Origin: Eledone cirrhosa
Taxonomy: Eukaryota
Length of the DNA: 64,000 nucleotides
Assembly (NCBI GenBank): GCA_964016885.1
Contig: OZ024741.1
Coordinates: 222,084,001-222,148,000, forward strand
Direction of reading: 5' to 3'
Position numbers and translations under genes: made by a program. This document shows, one piece after another, positions 50,860-64,000 of this stretch (its first letter is position 1; every line of letters begins with the position of its first letter). The notes beneath the pieces are model-generated. The model did no database searches and was not told where the DNA came from. It saw only the letters and a list, made by a program, of their open reading frames with translations.

Positions 50860-51232
50860 TTTCTAGGCCAGCAATTACCACAGTACATTACTGGTACTTT
50901 ATTTTATTGACCCCGCAAGGATGAAAGGCAAAGTTAACCTCGGCGGGATTTGAACTCAGAACGTAAAGGGCCATAACTCTATGCCACAATGTACGGTGAC
51001 CAACGCTCTATCGATTCTGTCAATCCACCACCTTTCACTATAATTGTTTCTACTTTAGGCACAAGGCCAGCAATTACCCAGTGCATGACTGGTACTTTAT
51101 TTTATCGACCCCGTAAGGATGAAAGGCAAAGTCAACGTCGGCGGGATTTGAACTCAGATCGTAAAGGGACGTAACTATGCTGGAAAGCATGGCGTCCGGC
51201 CTTTTACCGATACTGCCAATCCACCACCCTTC
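50860..51232 (-). mobile_element. Two tandem antisense copies of the tRNA-derived SINE
   Basis: Reverse complement of 5324-5511; further copies at about 54610-54745 (+) and 63770-63955 (-). Confidence 0.9.
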
Positions 51233-51472
51233 ACTATAATAACAGGTGATTGTTGTTATTCTGACTCATTCACCAACAACTTTTTCCGAAAATGGAAGCG
51301 GGAAGGGATGGGGACCCTTGGAGTTACAGATAATCACCTCTCGGAAACCATCATGCTTCTCAGAAACCTGGATCAGCCACGATTTTATTTCAAGGAAAAC
51401 TGGCATTACAATAGATGCCAACAGGTACCTTATAAATAGATTTGAGCCCAGTACAGATTGAGGTGAAGGCTG

Positions 51473-51503
<31 letters not shown>

Positions 51504-51597
51504 CGCTTATGTAGACCCTCAAATTCGTTGAATTTTTTCCCAGACTATACCTGAACTTCCTCCTGGATATTTTTTTAGATCACTGTATTCTCTCTCT

Positions 51598-51702
<105 letters not shown>

Positions 51703-52285
51703 CTTGACTGACCAGTCTGTCAGGCGTCCATTTGGCGCCGCTGGTCACAGCACGTCATGCTGTTTTAGCCATAAGATAACGCCATCCCACTGGCTGGGTG
51801 GGCAGGCCATATATATATATATATATGTATATACACACACACACATACATACTTATATGCATTCATACATACATATACATGATAGGATTGGGGCCTCCCT
51901 ACCATTAAAACATCTGAGAAACCTCCTATAAGATACAACTGTTGAAGGCCAGGTAAATCTATCTAGGTGGAAACTGTAGATTTCATATCCTCTTTTTCAT
52001 CTTTATATGTTATTGGTCTCTTGCATCATGTAATATTACATCTCCCAGTTTTTTATGTCATTACAACTCCTGGCCCCTTGTGTCATTACATCTCCTGGCC
52101 CCTTGTATAATTACACCTCCTGGCCCCTTGTGTCATTACGTCTCCTGGTCCCTTGTGTCATTACATTTTCTGGCCCCTCATGTCATTACATCTGGCCAAT
52201 TGTATCATTATCTCCTGGTCATGTGTCGTTACATGTTTAGTTTTTTCAGTTTCACCAAATGTTACTGTTGTTCTTATTTTGACAG

Positions 52286-52448
52286 CTAACCAACTTTGAA
52301 TTTGCCCACATAGGTCCAGTCTCCTATGACATTGCATGTCTTCTTGTTAACTACATTATATACTTTTACTACCACCTGGAACACTTCAGCGAGACAGACA
52401 GGGATTGTCAGTTCAGCCAATCTTTGATAGAATACATGAAGGTCTCAG
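52286..52448 (+). CDS. Methylthioribose kinase-like gene, exon 6 (NFE motif)
   Basis: GACAG|LTNFEFAHIGPVSYDIACLLVNY...MKVS|GTATGT; aligns by eye to family VIDPEFAFYGP..FD.G; phase 0 to 1. Confidence 0.92.
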
Positions 52449-52519
52449 GTATGTGTTGTCCTATCTTGCAGACAAAGTTTTAGTCAATTCAAACTCACTC
52501 AGTAATCATGCCAGTCCCA

Positions 52520-53165
52520 TGATAGTAAGACCATGAGTTTGATTCCCCCTGGTGTGTTGTGTCCTTGAGCAAGACACTATTTCACATTGCTCCTGTCTAC
52601 AGAGCCGGAAAAATAAGTTGTACCTGTAATTCAAAGAGCTAGCCTTGTCACACATTGTGTCATCCTGACTGGATATATATGATTCTATAATGTTATAGTA
52701 AAATTAATCTTTCCATCATATGCTAGCTGAGCAATGAAGAAACAACACCTAAACCAGCCAGCCAGCCAACCAGCCAACCAGCCAGTATATTAAATAAAAA
52801 CTTACATCATTAATGTTTATGCAAGTAAAGAACTGTCTGATGAGATCGTGTCTGAATATTATATAACAGATACATAACAGTGAATAAATAGTCTAAAGTT
52901 TGTCTTAAGCCAGAAGGCTCATTAGGCTAGTGCTTATCCCAGTTTCATGGTATGAAGTGACTGAGAGTACAAGACTCTCCACTGGACAGGACACTAGTCT
53001 ATTGCAGGGTTAAACCCCCATCTATTGCTGGTACTCATTTTCAGCTGAGTATACTGGAGCAACGTGAAATGAAGTGTTTTGCTCAAGAACACAACACGCA
53101 GCCCAGGAATCGAACCCACAACATTATGATCGTAAGTCCAACACTGTTACCACGCACCTCTACAT
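52520..53165. mobile_element. Second SINE type (GTGTCCTTGAGCAAGACACT, CORE-like): copies about 52520-52670 (+) and 52905-53160 (-)
   Basis: Shared core also at about 50535-50670 (-) and 61277-61530 (+); B-box-like GGTTCGATTCC. Confidence 0.65.
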
Positions 53166-53374
53166 AAATAGAATGTGGTGAAATTCAAACATACTGCCTT
53201 CTAATTCATTATATTTATAATATACATAAACTCTTCAAAACAGAGTTCCAGTTCACCCACAACTTATTCACATGTGCAAAGTCCTATGGAATTTTTGTCA
53301 TTCAGTTTTAAATAATTGTTAGCTGAATTTTTGATGGTGTAAGAATATAACATCTACCTAACTATCATTTGAAT

Positions 53375-53590
53375 TTAACCCTTTAGCATTTACATTACTC
53401 TATATTCACTATTATATTTTCATAGTAAAGGTTTTAACACATATAATATCAAATCTATGCGATTTTGATGTTATTTATTTTAAGAAAAATACCTTAACAT
53501 CAGCATGAGCAGCCAGTTACGACCAGTTTGAAAAGAAAAAGGTGAGAGAATTCTGACTGGATATGGCCAGTTTAAATGCTAAAGGGTTAA
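53375..53590. mobile_element. piggyBac-like MITE
   Basis: TTAA-CCCTTTAGCATTT ... AAATGCTAAAGGG-TTAA perfect inverted ends. Confidence 0.8.
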
Positions 53591-53719
53591 ACATATAGTT
53601 TGGTTATGAAAGGGTTCAACAGAAACCTTTTAAAATGGGTGATTCTGTTTAATAGAACCAGAGATAGTTATGGGTGCGTTGATAATGAACAGGTTCCATA
53701 GGAACCCTGGGAAAATAGG

Positions 53720-54160
53720 TGGTTTTGTTTCTTTCTTCTTCTTTGCCCACTTATTCCTGAGGGGGTTGGGGAGCCAGAGTCCTCAAACACTCCTTCAAGT
53801 GGGTCCTGTCAGAAATAACTGTCTCCAACTGATCCAGCTGGTTCCCCAAGCAAGATCAGCCAAGCACATGGATGTTATCCAACCATCTTGCTCGGGGTCT
53901 ACTCCTGGGTCTCTTGCCGGTTGGTTTTGCCCACAAAACCTGTCCAGTGCTTCTTTCCTGAGACATTCTAACCACATGCCATAGTATCGGAGCTGTGATC
54001 TCTCAATTTGGAGAAGTAGCGGCTCTACCTGGAGTGACTCTCTGATATCTGAGTTACGCACTCTATCGTGTAATGTTACTCCAGAGACCCTTCGGAGGAA
54101 TTCTATTTCGGCCTCTTGTATTCGCGATTGTACTCTTTTAGCAAAAACCCCAAAGACCAA
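53720..54160 (-). mobile_element. 3' fragment of a different RTE-type LINE family
   Basis: RIQEAEIEFLRRVSGVTLHDRVRNSDIRESLQVEPLLLQIERSQLRYYG. Confidence 0.85.
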
Positions 54161-54208
54161 AATTTGTAAAATGCCCAACATTAGTTGTAACTTTTGTATG
54201 CATTTCAG

Positions 54209-54299
54209 GATTGAAATATAAAGAATTAATGAAGCTGAAATCAGATTCTAAACTTTGGTCTGAAGTCGCAGGGTTCACTGGATGTGAAATCATTAAACG
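54209..54299 (+). CDS. Methylthioribose kinase-like gene, exon 7
   Basis: TTTCAG|(G)LKYKELMKLKSDSKLWSEVAGFTGCEIIK|GTGAGT; family GFAGCELIRR motif; phase 1 to 2. Confidence 0.92.
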
Positions 54300-54780
54300 G
54301 TGAGTTCCGTGACAGCATCAGATTAAATATAAGATTCTTTACTTTAATACTGCAAATCTTTACAACAATCTGACCACTAGTAAAGACACTAAACATATTT
54401 CAATTAACAAACCATATTTGCAAGACACTCTTGAAAAATATAAAACAGCACTATGACTGTATCACGTTAGAAATTAAAGTTTTTACTTTAATAGTGTAAA
54501 TGTTCACAATGATCTGTCCAGTAGTAAAGACACTGTAAATATTTGAGTTAACACACCTTTTTCTTTTTAGATATTTTTTAATAAATCATTACAAAACTTT
54601 AAGCATAGAGTTACAGCCCTTGCCATTCTGAGTTCAAATCCCGTTGAGGTTAACTTTGCCTTTCATCCTAACGGGGTTGATAAAATAAAGTACTAGTAAT
54701 GCACTGGGTAATTGCTGGCCTTGTGCCAAAAGTAAAAACAATTATTATTATGTATTTATTATCTTTCTGTTATTTTTCAG

Positions 54781-54931
54781 ACTTCTGGAACCATACCATT
54801 TAAAAACGTTGTATGGTTGTCAACATGCTAGAAGGGACATGTTAGAAATGGCATTTCGACTCCTAAATGCTTACAAAACCATCAACACGATAGACAGACT
54901 TCTCATTATTGCCTTTATGTTGACTTTTTAA
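54781..54931 (+). CDS. Methylthioribose kinase-like gene, exon 8 (terminal)
   Basis: TTTTTCAG|(R)LLEPYHLKTLYG...IDRLLIIAFMLTF*; phase 2 acceptor; TAA at 54929-54931. Confidence 0.88.
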
Positions 54932-56732
54932 CTTAACAAAGCTTTCGTCACTTTCATTACAAAGAAACCCCAAAAATTATTAACCCTTATGATACCAAAA
55001 CCATTGAACCAGCCCTGGTTTTTTGAAGCAAAACTTTTCATAATAATTGTATGTAAGAACATTTGTTAAGTTATGTTCTAAACACCAACAATGATAAAGT
55101 TAGCTATAATTATTTGAAAATTACAGGCAGTGTCTTCATAAGAAATATGATAACAAAAAAGGTTAAAGTCATGGTCATCATTTAACGTCTATTTTCCACA
55201 GTAGCATAGGTTAGACAGGTTGTCCCATTTGAGGCAAGTCAGGTCAGGTGACCATAGCTTGGTTTCTACGGCTGGATGCCCTTCCTGATGCCAAAGTCTT
55301 TATATTCATATAAAAACCTCATATCAAAATCTTATATAAGAACCTTTATGTTCCAAACACCAACTTAATAACAATAAAAGTAGTTATATTAGTAAATCCT
55401 TACAAATTCTTGATAATTTGCAAGACTATTTGACAATCATCGACAGCATCTTTCAATAAATATGTGCTAACTAAAGTGTTAAAGTGTTTATATTTATTTA
55501 AAAACTTTTCATCATAATTTTATATAAGAACTTTTGTTAAGCTATGTTTCAAATACCAACATAATAATGAGAAATTTATATTACTAAATCTCTGCAAATT
55601 CTTAATTCTTCTCAGACAGAAGACCTGGTCAGAACTTTTACGACAGAGTGGACTCCACTAAAGAGCCCCAAGGACCAGGTGGGAGTGGTGGGGTGGCATT
55701 AAACCAGGTGATGGAATAAACCTACCACCCTCAGAACAGAAATGGTGCTTCTGATGAGCTTACACACATTTTCTGTCTACCAAATTTCATTCACAAGGCA
55801 CTGATTGATCCAAGATTATGGTAGGAGACTCTTACTTAAGATGCTGCAAAATGGGATTGAACCCAATTCTACATAGATATGAAGCAAACTTCTTAACCAC
55901 ACATCCATGTCTACCTAAATCAAAAATAGTTGTTTTTGTCTCATTGAAAGCAGCTCACTTATATACTTGCTGAATTCTTCTCTCACTGTCTCTTCCTCTC
56001 TCTACACACATGCAGGAATGTACCCTTATTTATGACACCTGCAACAATTTATCCTTATATGTGAATGTAGGAATGTACCATCATGTGTGAATACATACAG
56101 GAATGTGCCCTCATCTGTGAACACATGCAGGAGTGCGCCCACATCTGTGAACGCATGTCGGAATGCACCCATGACTGGCATCCACAGGAAATGTAATCTT
56201 TCTGACCCTTTCAACAACTAATTTATTACTGCAGACTTGATGGAGGCAGACATAAAAAATAAACTTTGTCCTTCATTCAATTCAGTTTATAAAGGAATTG
56301 TAATTTAGGATCGGATAAAATATATTAAATATGTGATTACATTTAACAATGGCATTATTTACATCATTCTCTAGTTGTTGATAAATCAATGTAACTGTTG
56401 TGATATACTATAGTCTATTACAGCTACATGTATGTTATATAGCCTGTTGTGCCTCAGTATAGTCTGTCACAGCTACACATAGGGTACATATAGTCTGTTA
56501 TGACATACTATAACCTGTCACAGCTACATGTATGTATGTTTCTCTTTATCTTAATTTCAAGTACATTTTTGACCGGCCACCTTCCTGGTGTCAAGGTTGT
56601 AAAAGAAAATAAATTGTCATCCCTTGAATCACAAGAATGTTTTGCAAATTTTGAAGGTGCCAGCTATCGCAGCCATTTGTAGTCTATGAATTAGGGAGCT
56701 GCACTCTTTGTCCACAAATCCAAGTTCAGTTA

Positions 56733-57632
56733 TGTAATAAGAAAGCTACTGCACTTACCGCAATTCTGCTAGCTCACTCAGCGAGCCATGCCTCATCCAC
56801 GTGGGTATAATCCGTTCGCCAAGTTGCAGCTCACATTCGCACGTCCGTCTGTCGCGGGTCACAGCCGAAAGAGAACTCCCAGATGCTCCTGGGTACGCAT
56901 CTCACGTCACTTCCTCTTCCGCCTCTGGTCAGGCGTCCCCAGCTTCCGGTCACCTCCTCCACACCACCACACCATCCCCACACGCCCTCCTTGATCTCAA
57001 GGATCAATCTCCCCCTCACACTGCTGCATGTGATAATCTGCTGCTGCCCAACCAGGCACTCGGTGATCTCCATAATGTTGGGGCGACGCTTTGGATTTCC
57101 TCTTCCTCGGAGTCTGTCGACACAACGATTCTACGGACATCCAGGATATGACGTGGCACTCCGACCATGGACACGTTATTCTGGGAATTTACGGCCGTTA
57201 CTATTCCCTTTCCCCATTGAGATGTGCAACGTGTGTCTGGGGGCTTAACCCAGACTTCTTCCCCCACCTGTACGAATGCGTTCTCTCTCTCCACTGGCCA
57301 TTGTGGTACAGTGCACGGGTGCCGCCACTTGTATCTGTATATTGCTCTGTGTGGCACCGATACCTCAGCCTGTCCCACCCGAGGGGACATGTACCAAAAC
57401 ATTGCCTCCATTGGTGAGATGTGCCCCTGCTCCACCATTGCTTTGATTGTGAGGTGGTGTCACTCCACGATTCCATTTCCACTCGGCCTGTATGCTGCTC
57501 TGAAGAAGCGGTCACAGCCGAAAGAGAACCCCCAGATGCTCCTGGGTATGCATCTCACGTCACTTCCTCTTCCGCCTCCGGTCAGGCGTCCCCAGCTTCC
57601 AGTCATCTCCTCCACACCACCACACTATCCCC
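56733..57632 (-). mobile_element. Gypsy-type remnant: integrase C-terminus, PPT, 3' LTR (about 56733-57006) and a partial second LTR
   Basis: FRAAYRPSGNGIVE, VQVGEEVWVKPP, PRHILDVRR; PPT GAGGGGGAGA; 57510-57632 repeats about 56858-56980. Confidence 0.82.
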
Positions 57633-57639
57633 ACAAGTT

Positions 57640-57890
57640 ATACTTTGGTCCATGCAGGTTAGTATATAACCTATAGCTCCAATAATGATGGGTATGAAGC
57701 TGAAGGTGTATCTTGGATACTGGATCCGCAAACTCCTCATGAAGGGTCCGTAGATGTCCTCCTTCTCTTGTATTTTTCTTACAACGTTGACATCAAGTGG
57801 GCAGCTGATATCTACAACAGAGCACATTTTCAATGTGTGGTCCCAAACAACAATATCAGACCGGTTGTGCTTTAATTTGGTGGCAGTTTT
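57640..57890 (-). mobile_element. R4/Dong-like non-LTR RLE fragment
   Basis: KHNRSDIVVWD...CSVVDISCPLDVNV...FIPIIIGAIG. Confidence 0.7.
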
Positions 57891-58789
57891 TATTTATGTA
57901 TGTATGTAACCCAGTACAACCTGTCGCATGGTCGGGTCGTCAGCAACTAAACCAGCAACCCCATCAAGTTTACTTGGTGAGGAGGGTGATTTTGGACACC
58001 CTACAGGACAAAAAATAAAACCTGACAAAGGGCGGAAGAACTCATAAGAGTCAACGGCCATCCAAAAATGTGTAAAGATGTAGATATGTATATACATGTA
58101 TACGTGTGTATATATATGCACGGTGACATAGAAATAATCAGGCTGGATACCTGATTGCACAGTTAAACCCCTAGCCTTTGTCAGGGCATTCTTCTAGGAG
58201 AAGGCAACTCAGGAAACTGGGATAACTCCGACATAAAACCTGCGGCTCAGTACCGATGGTGTTGATCTTTTCTTCTTTTCGTGTTATAGCTACTGTTGCT
58301 CAGAGAGTGGGATTGGCTCGGTGCACAGTCTTTCCTCACTTTAAAAATAATCTTCACGCACAGGCATTGCACGATAGTATTAATTGATAATTATTAATAA
58401 TGATATATCGTGCAATAGGCATACTCGATAACGAGGGGACAGCCATCATGTATATATGTGTATGTATGTGCATGCATGAGTTTATGTATATATGTATGTT
58501 CTGATTTTATTATTTTATAAATTTCCATCAATTGAGAGTTGGTTTCTAACAAAAACAAGACACATTGGAATTTAGACAACTTCAATTAGGTAAATATATA
58601 TATGTATGTCTGAATCTGTGTGTGTGTGTGTGTGTGCAGGTATGGATGTTATTGCATGTGTGGATCTGTGTTACGAGTTATATATGTACACATGCATATG
58701 TTTCTGTATCTCAACATGTGTATATGTAGTTATTACATGCTAAATTTCTGAAATGTTTTACATATTTTTACTGTCCATTAATGGACTGT

Positions 58790-60075
58790 ATTTGCAGCTT
58801 CCTAACTAGTTGTGTTTCTTCTGGTTCTGTGAAGCCAAGCTTCTCAAGGTTTGTACTGAGGCAGTTAATAACATATCCAATAACTTCAATGATCACAAGT
58901 ACAAATCTAAAGGTATAGTCAGGCTGGAGTATCTGCAGATTCCTCATTAGTTCAACATAAATATTCTCTGTTCATAAATCTTTAATATTATATTGGCATC
59001 TGCTAGGCAGCTGATTTCCATTACTGTGCATGCCTTCTTTTCCTTGTCCCATATCATATCTGGTCTGTTATGCTTGCATTTTATTAAAGTTTTGCCTGAA
59101 ACATTCCACCAGTACTCTTTCATATTATGTATGCTTATGTCTTCCACATCACTAACTTTATACGTTTATTCTTAGGACTATCCTTTCTATGGATTTCATT
59201 GTACAGTGTTTTGGCCACTACATCATGCCTCATAGGTAGATAGTACTGTGATGACATCTTTGGACAGCTGCTTATGACATGGGTGACATCTCTGATGTTA
59301 ATTCTGCAGTGTCTGCGTTTGTTGTCGCATCTAGATGTTTTGCCTGCATCCTTATCTTTTTTGTGAATCAGGTATTTTGTGTTGATTTCCTGTTCTTGGA
59401 TTGTAAAAGCATATCCTTCAAAGTGAGAGCCAATATACCAGTTGTTGGTCCAATATAAACTACATTACTTATCTATATTACTCTCACTTTGAAACTTTCT
59501 GGCAACACAGCCATGCATGATTTTTTGCTGATAAGCCTGCAGCTTTTCATTTGTAGATTCATTGCGGTATTACTGTGCAATTTCTCTGGGTTTGAGATTT
59601 TGGTTACCATACAGGGAATATTTCTCAAGGAGCTGCTTCCCAACTTTCATGGTGTTATCTGCCTCATGTAGACAGACTTGTTCTAAAGATGGGCTTCTAC
59701 ACTTGGTGGTTTGAAGATGAGGGCGAAGGGATATGATGCAACACTCAAATGCTGTTTGGATTCATGTTAAGCTTCTGCCTCCCTGTTTACATTTCTGGTA
59801 GAGGCAATCTTTATCACTGTTCACTGTTGATCTGGAAATTTCTAGTACTGGTTAGAACTTTTGGGGTTTAACATCAATCTCTCAGATCTTATCTAGTGTC
59901 CTGTCAACTAGTCCAAATGTTGGCATTAGTACAGACAACACCAAACACATTGGAGGCCACTGATTTATTGGGTGCAGAAAGCTTAGAGGACCACATTTTT
60001 CTTATTTGGGTGTTATATTCCCTGGTTACTTGTTCATTGTTACAAATTTCATCATAGGATATATTTTCAACTATC
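58790..60075 (-). mobile_element. R4/Dong-like non-LTR retrotransposon 3' part (CCHC plus RLE), decayed
   Basis: CRINIRDVTHVISSCPKM...RHDVVAK; WWNV...KHNRPDMIWDKEKKACTVMEISC. Confidence 0.78.
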
Positions 60076-60120
60076 CCTAAGTACGTACATATGTATGTAT
60101 GTGTATGTATGTATGTATGT

Positions 60121-61272
60121 ATGAGGTTTGTCCCAAAAGTAAGGGTACTGAAGTTTTATTTAAATGTATATTAGATGTACATGAAATTATAAGTTATATT
60201 CAAAATACGATCCTTGGGAAGTCTCTCAGTGGTTCCAACGTTTTTGCCATTGATCATAGCAGTACCGGGAGTCAGTTTTTGTGAATGTCCTTTTGTATGT
60301 TTTCCACAGTCCCCAAATAATGACCCTTCAACTTAGGGAAGAGGTAGAAATTACATGGAGCTAGATCTGGGTTGTAGCGAGGATGTGAAAGAGTGGAAAT
60401 GTTTTTCTTTATAAGAAATTCTCTAATAGAAAGTGTTGTGTGAGCAGATGCGTTATCATGGTGCAATACCCAATTCGGATTCACTGAATCGTTTTCAAAG
60501 TTGTTCCAAGACATCTTTGTAGAAGGTGTAATTAACTAACTGTCCTGGAGGTAAACATTCTGTGTGAACAATACCATGGCTGTCGAAAAAACTGATAATC
60601 ATTGTTTTCATCCTAGAGCTGTTCATGTGTGATTCCTTCAATCAAGGAGAATGTTTCGTGTACCACTCCCCACTTTGTCGTTTTGTCTCTGGATCATACT
60701 CACTCTTCATTAATCTGTTATTACTTTATACAAGAAATGTGGTTCAATTTTGAGTCTTTCAAGCAAATCCTGACAAATTTCTAACTGGTTCACTTTTTGC
60801 TCCACAGGCACTAAGTTTGCTCAAATTTTTTACATATGCAAAATGATCTGTTAAAATTCTGTGAACTACATTTTTATCCAAGCCAATTTCTTCTGCAATC
60901 ATCCTTTTGCCACATCACTTTCACATTTTGTTCATTTGTTGACAAAGATTGGTTTTCCAGATTGAGGATTGTCTTTAAAATTTTCTCAACCTTCTTTGAA
61001 GGCTTTGTGCCACTTAAAAACCTTAAATGTTTCGGTGACAGATTTGTTGATTTTCACACACAATTTGATCGTGTGCAGTTGTTCGATGTTTTCCTGCACT
61101 GCAAATGTAACAGAAGTTAAAAACACGTCTGTACATAAACACCAATATCTCATGACTGACTTAATTGATCATGTTGAAACAAATATGTAAGTGCAGCAAA
61201 AATCATAACCAACATGTCTATATACATAAACGAGATGCTGCGTTACCATGTTATATATAGGAAAATCAATAC
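60121..61272 (-). mobile_element. Heavily decayed mariner
   Basis: WVLHHDNASAH...HPRYNPDLAPCNFYLFPKLK; TIR-like start TATGAGGTTTGTCCCAAAAGT. Confidence 0.85.
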
Positions 61273-62599
61273 CCAGCGTTGTGTCCTTAAGCAAGACACT
61301 TTATTTGACATTGCTCCAGTCCTCTCAGCTGGCAAAAATGGGCTGTACCTGTAATTCGAAGGGTCAGCCATGTCACATTTTATATCATGCTAAATCTTCC
61401 TGAGAATTACGTTAAGGGTACACATGTTAGTGGAATGCTCAGTCACTTTCACGTTCATTTCACGAGCAGGCTGCTCCACTGATCATATCAACGGGAACAC
61501 TCATTGTTGTAATAAACAGAGTGCCAGATTTTTTATGCAATAATGCTGAAAATGCAAAGCTGAAAAATTAATTTTATCTTGGTGCCACACCTACTTCCTG
61601 ACATGGTGGACTAAGTGCTTTTTATCATGGCATCAACACTACCACTTTACAGAGTGGATTAGGTGCAGTTTATCATGGCAGCAGCACTACTACTTTTCAA
61701 CACTAGGGCGTTTGTTGTGTTGTCCTTGGCCAAGCTGGGAACGTAGTGATGGAAGTAGGGTCGAATGCAGTTGGGGTGGGGCGTTCGTTGTGTCGTCTTC
61801 AACCATGCTTTGAAAGTAGTGATTGAAGTGGGCGTTGGGGTGGGGACGACTGTGGTGTGTGTGTATGGGGCGGGGGCAGATAAGCCACATGTTGCTTGCT
61901 GAAAGAAAGGGTGTGAGAGAGGGGGCTTCAAAGAAAGAGAGTGGCGTCTAATGGTACATTTGGGAAAGGGGTTGTGCCCGTCTTTCGCTGCTAATATTGT
62001 TAGACGAGGGTAGCGAGGAAGTAAGTGTTGTCACAAGGCTAGTCGTGATGTGAGGGTGTGATCTTAGTTAAAATACAGTGGAGTAGCGTTTTGGCTAAGA
62101 AGAATGTATAGTTTCTAAATTATTAAACATTTACCAGAGTTTACGCAAGGGTGATATTATAATCTAAATCTAAACTATAATAAAGGGGGGAGTGCGAGAC
62201 AGCGTCCAGAATATATTATTTTTTATCCCATTTGTAAAATAAGTTGGATTACTTTGAATAAATAATTAATGAATATTACATAATTTATCTACTAAATTTC
62301 ATTATTCTTGATTAAATATAAATAATTTTGTCGCTTATTTTAAGATTCACTTCTTTAAAATGTTCAAATGTCAACACTTCCGGTTAGCGATCGCTTCAAT
62401 AAACAGTCATATATTTCCGTCACATAAGGCAGTGTAACGCAGTCTTTGTTCAATTTCTGTGTATATTGTCAATTACGATTTTATTTGATGTATCATATCT
62501 ACATGTATATATACTTACGTATAATATCAATATGCACACTAGACAGGCAAGCAGAAAACCACCCGAAGGGTGGTTTTTCTGCTAGTAATAATAATAATG

Positions 62600-62965
62600 A
62601 AATTATTGTGTACAGTGCTCAAGTGCACTACAAATCCCTAAAGGTGCATGTATAGTGCATAGAATAATGTACAAATGACAGGAAAGTGAACAGTGTATGA
62701 GTCATACACTATTCACTTTGGAGGGGTATATCACGTGCAGTGTTGGCGAATTTCAGGAAGCATGGAGGTTTTAAAGGATGCAGTGTCTCGGCAGCTAACA
62801 ACTGATGCAGGTACTTTGTTCCATGTTTCAGCAACTCTGAGTTTGAAAAAAATGTTTCCGAAAGTCATGGGAGCTGTGCTGTTTTCTGACTTTGTAGGCA
62901 TGCCCACCCATGCTAGACACATTGAATTCAAAAAGGTGCTCTGGGTTGTTGTTGTTGGCAAGATG
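62600..62965 (-). mobile_element. CR1-clade LINE 3' end
   Basis: GHAYKVRKQHSSHDFRKHFF / LRVAETWNKVPASVVSCRDTASFK. Confidence 0.85.
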
Positions 62966-62967
62966 GT

Positions 62968-63282
62968 TGACGTTCTCAAACTTTTGGGACCGTAATAACC
63001 TCAGCGCCCCCACCCCTATTTCCAGAGAGACCTGCCTTCATACAAATTGTAATTAATATATAATAAATAAAATCGTTACCTATATAATAAATAATATAAT
63101 ATATACTATGTATCATAAAATATTATATATTTTATAATTTTCTATATTTATAGATAATATGTATCATTTTATATTTAATATACTATTATATCATTTTTAC
63201 CGCCCCGCCCCCGCAGGTCCCAGCGCCTCCTGGACCTTCTCAGTGCCCCCGGGCGCGGTAGCGCCCACTTTGACAACCTCTG
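62968..63282. mobile_element. hAT (Charlie-like) MITE
   Basis: Ends GTTCTCAAACTTTT ... CACTTTGACAACCTCTG with GC-rich subterminal motifs. Confidence 0.55.
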
Positions 63283-64000
63283 TTATAGACAGTATCTCGA
63301 AATTAGCGATCCTACTTCACGATTTTCGTTTCCTACATTATCCGTAACACAAGTGTTTTGTTTGTTTTGCGTAAACTAGAATGAGAGTTCCCTCCCTTAG
63401 TATGCTTTGCTTTTAATGTTTATTTTGTCACGTAAGTACCCCATAGTGGAAATTGTTGTTATTAACCACAACTAATTGTTTATATATATTGTAACACATG
63501 TTTGAAAGATTAGAAACAAATCGCAGGTTGTCAGGCAACACATTAATTCCAATTTAGGCACAAAGCCAGCAATTTATTTATCAAGGATAAAAGACAACAC
63601 AATGGTGATAGTAATGATAGCAATGGTTTCTTGATTTAAGCACAAGGCCAACAATTTTTGGGGAAGGGAAAATCGATTAAATCGGCTCCAATGCGTTACT
63701 TGTACTTTATGACCCCGAAAAAAGATGAAAGGCAAAATAATGATGATGATGATGATAATAATAATAATAATTGTTTCTACTTTTGGCACAAGGCCAGCAA
63801 TTACCCAGTGCATTACTGTTACTTTATTTTATCGACCGCGTAAGGATGAAAGGCAAAGTTAACCTCGGTGGGATTTGAACTTAGAATGGCAACGACCGTA
63901 ACTTTATGCGTCAAATCATGGCGTCCGACCCTCTACCGATACTGCCAATCCACTGCTGATTTAGGCACGAGGCCGACAATTTTGGGGAGGGTAAAGTCAA

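Noticed and set aside
62370-62450. ETS-like CACTTCCGG promoter patch
   Set aside because: No associated exon could be identified; the motif alone is insufficient.

Overview
Eukaryotic, AT-rich, repeat-dense animal DNA, most likely an octopod cephalopod (inferred from the tRNA-derived SINE with the GCCTTTCATCCTTACGGGGTCGATAAA core, RTE LINEs with (GAT)n tails and long (TA)n tracts). Two host genes can be read. (1) The first coding exon of a UPF0193/EVG1 (C22orf23)-like gene lies on the minus strand at 4516-4612, with an RFX X-box just upstream. (2) A complete 8-exon plus-strand gene (20177-54931, about 392 aa, all GT-AG, all phases compatible, mostly absent from the ORF track) encodes a 5-methylthioribose-kinase-like protein. 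Its catalytic motifs are altered: HGD>HGN, DxE>NFE, RR>KR. Each of these could be reverted by a single A>G change, the chemistry of cephalopod A-to-I recoding; this is a hypothesis only. The rest is transposon debris: RTE, L1/Tx1, CRE, R4-like and CR1 LINEs, Penelope elements (one with a hammerhead motif), Gypsy LTRs, hAT/Buster, mariner, MITEs and SINEs. It includes a four-level nested insertion, several long inverted repeats in intron 1, and 22-, 24- and 72-bp tandem arrays. Repeat boundaries were read by eye and are approximate unless TIRs or TSDs are quoted.
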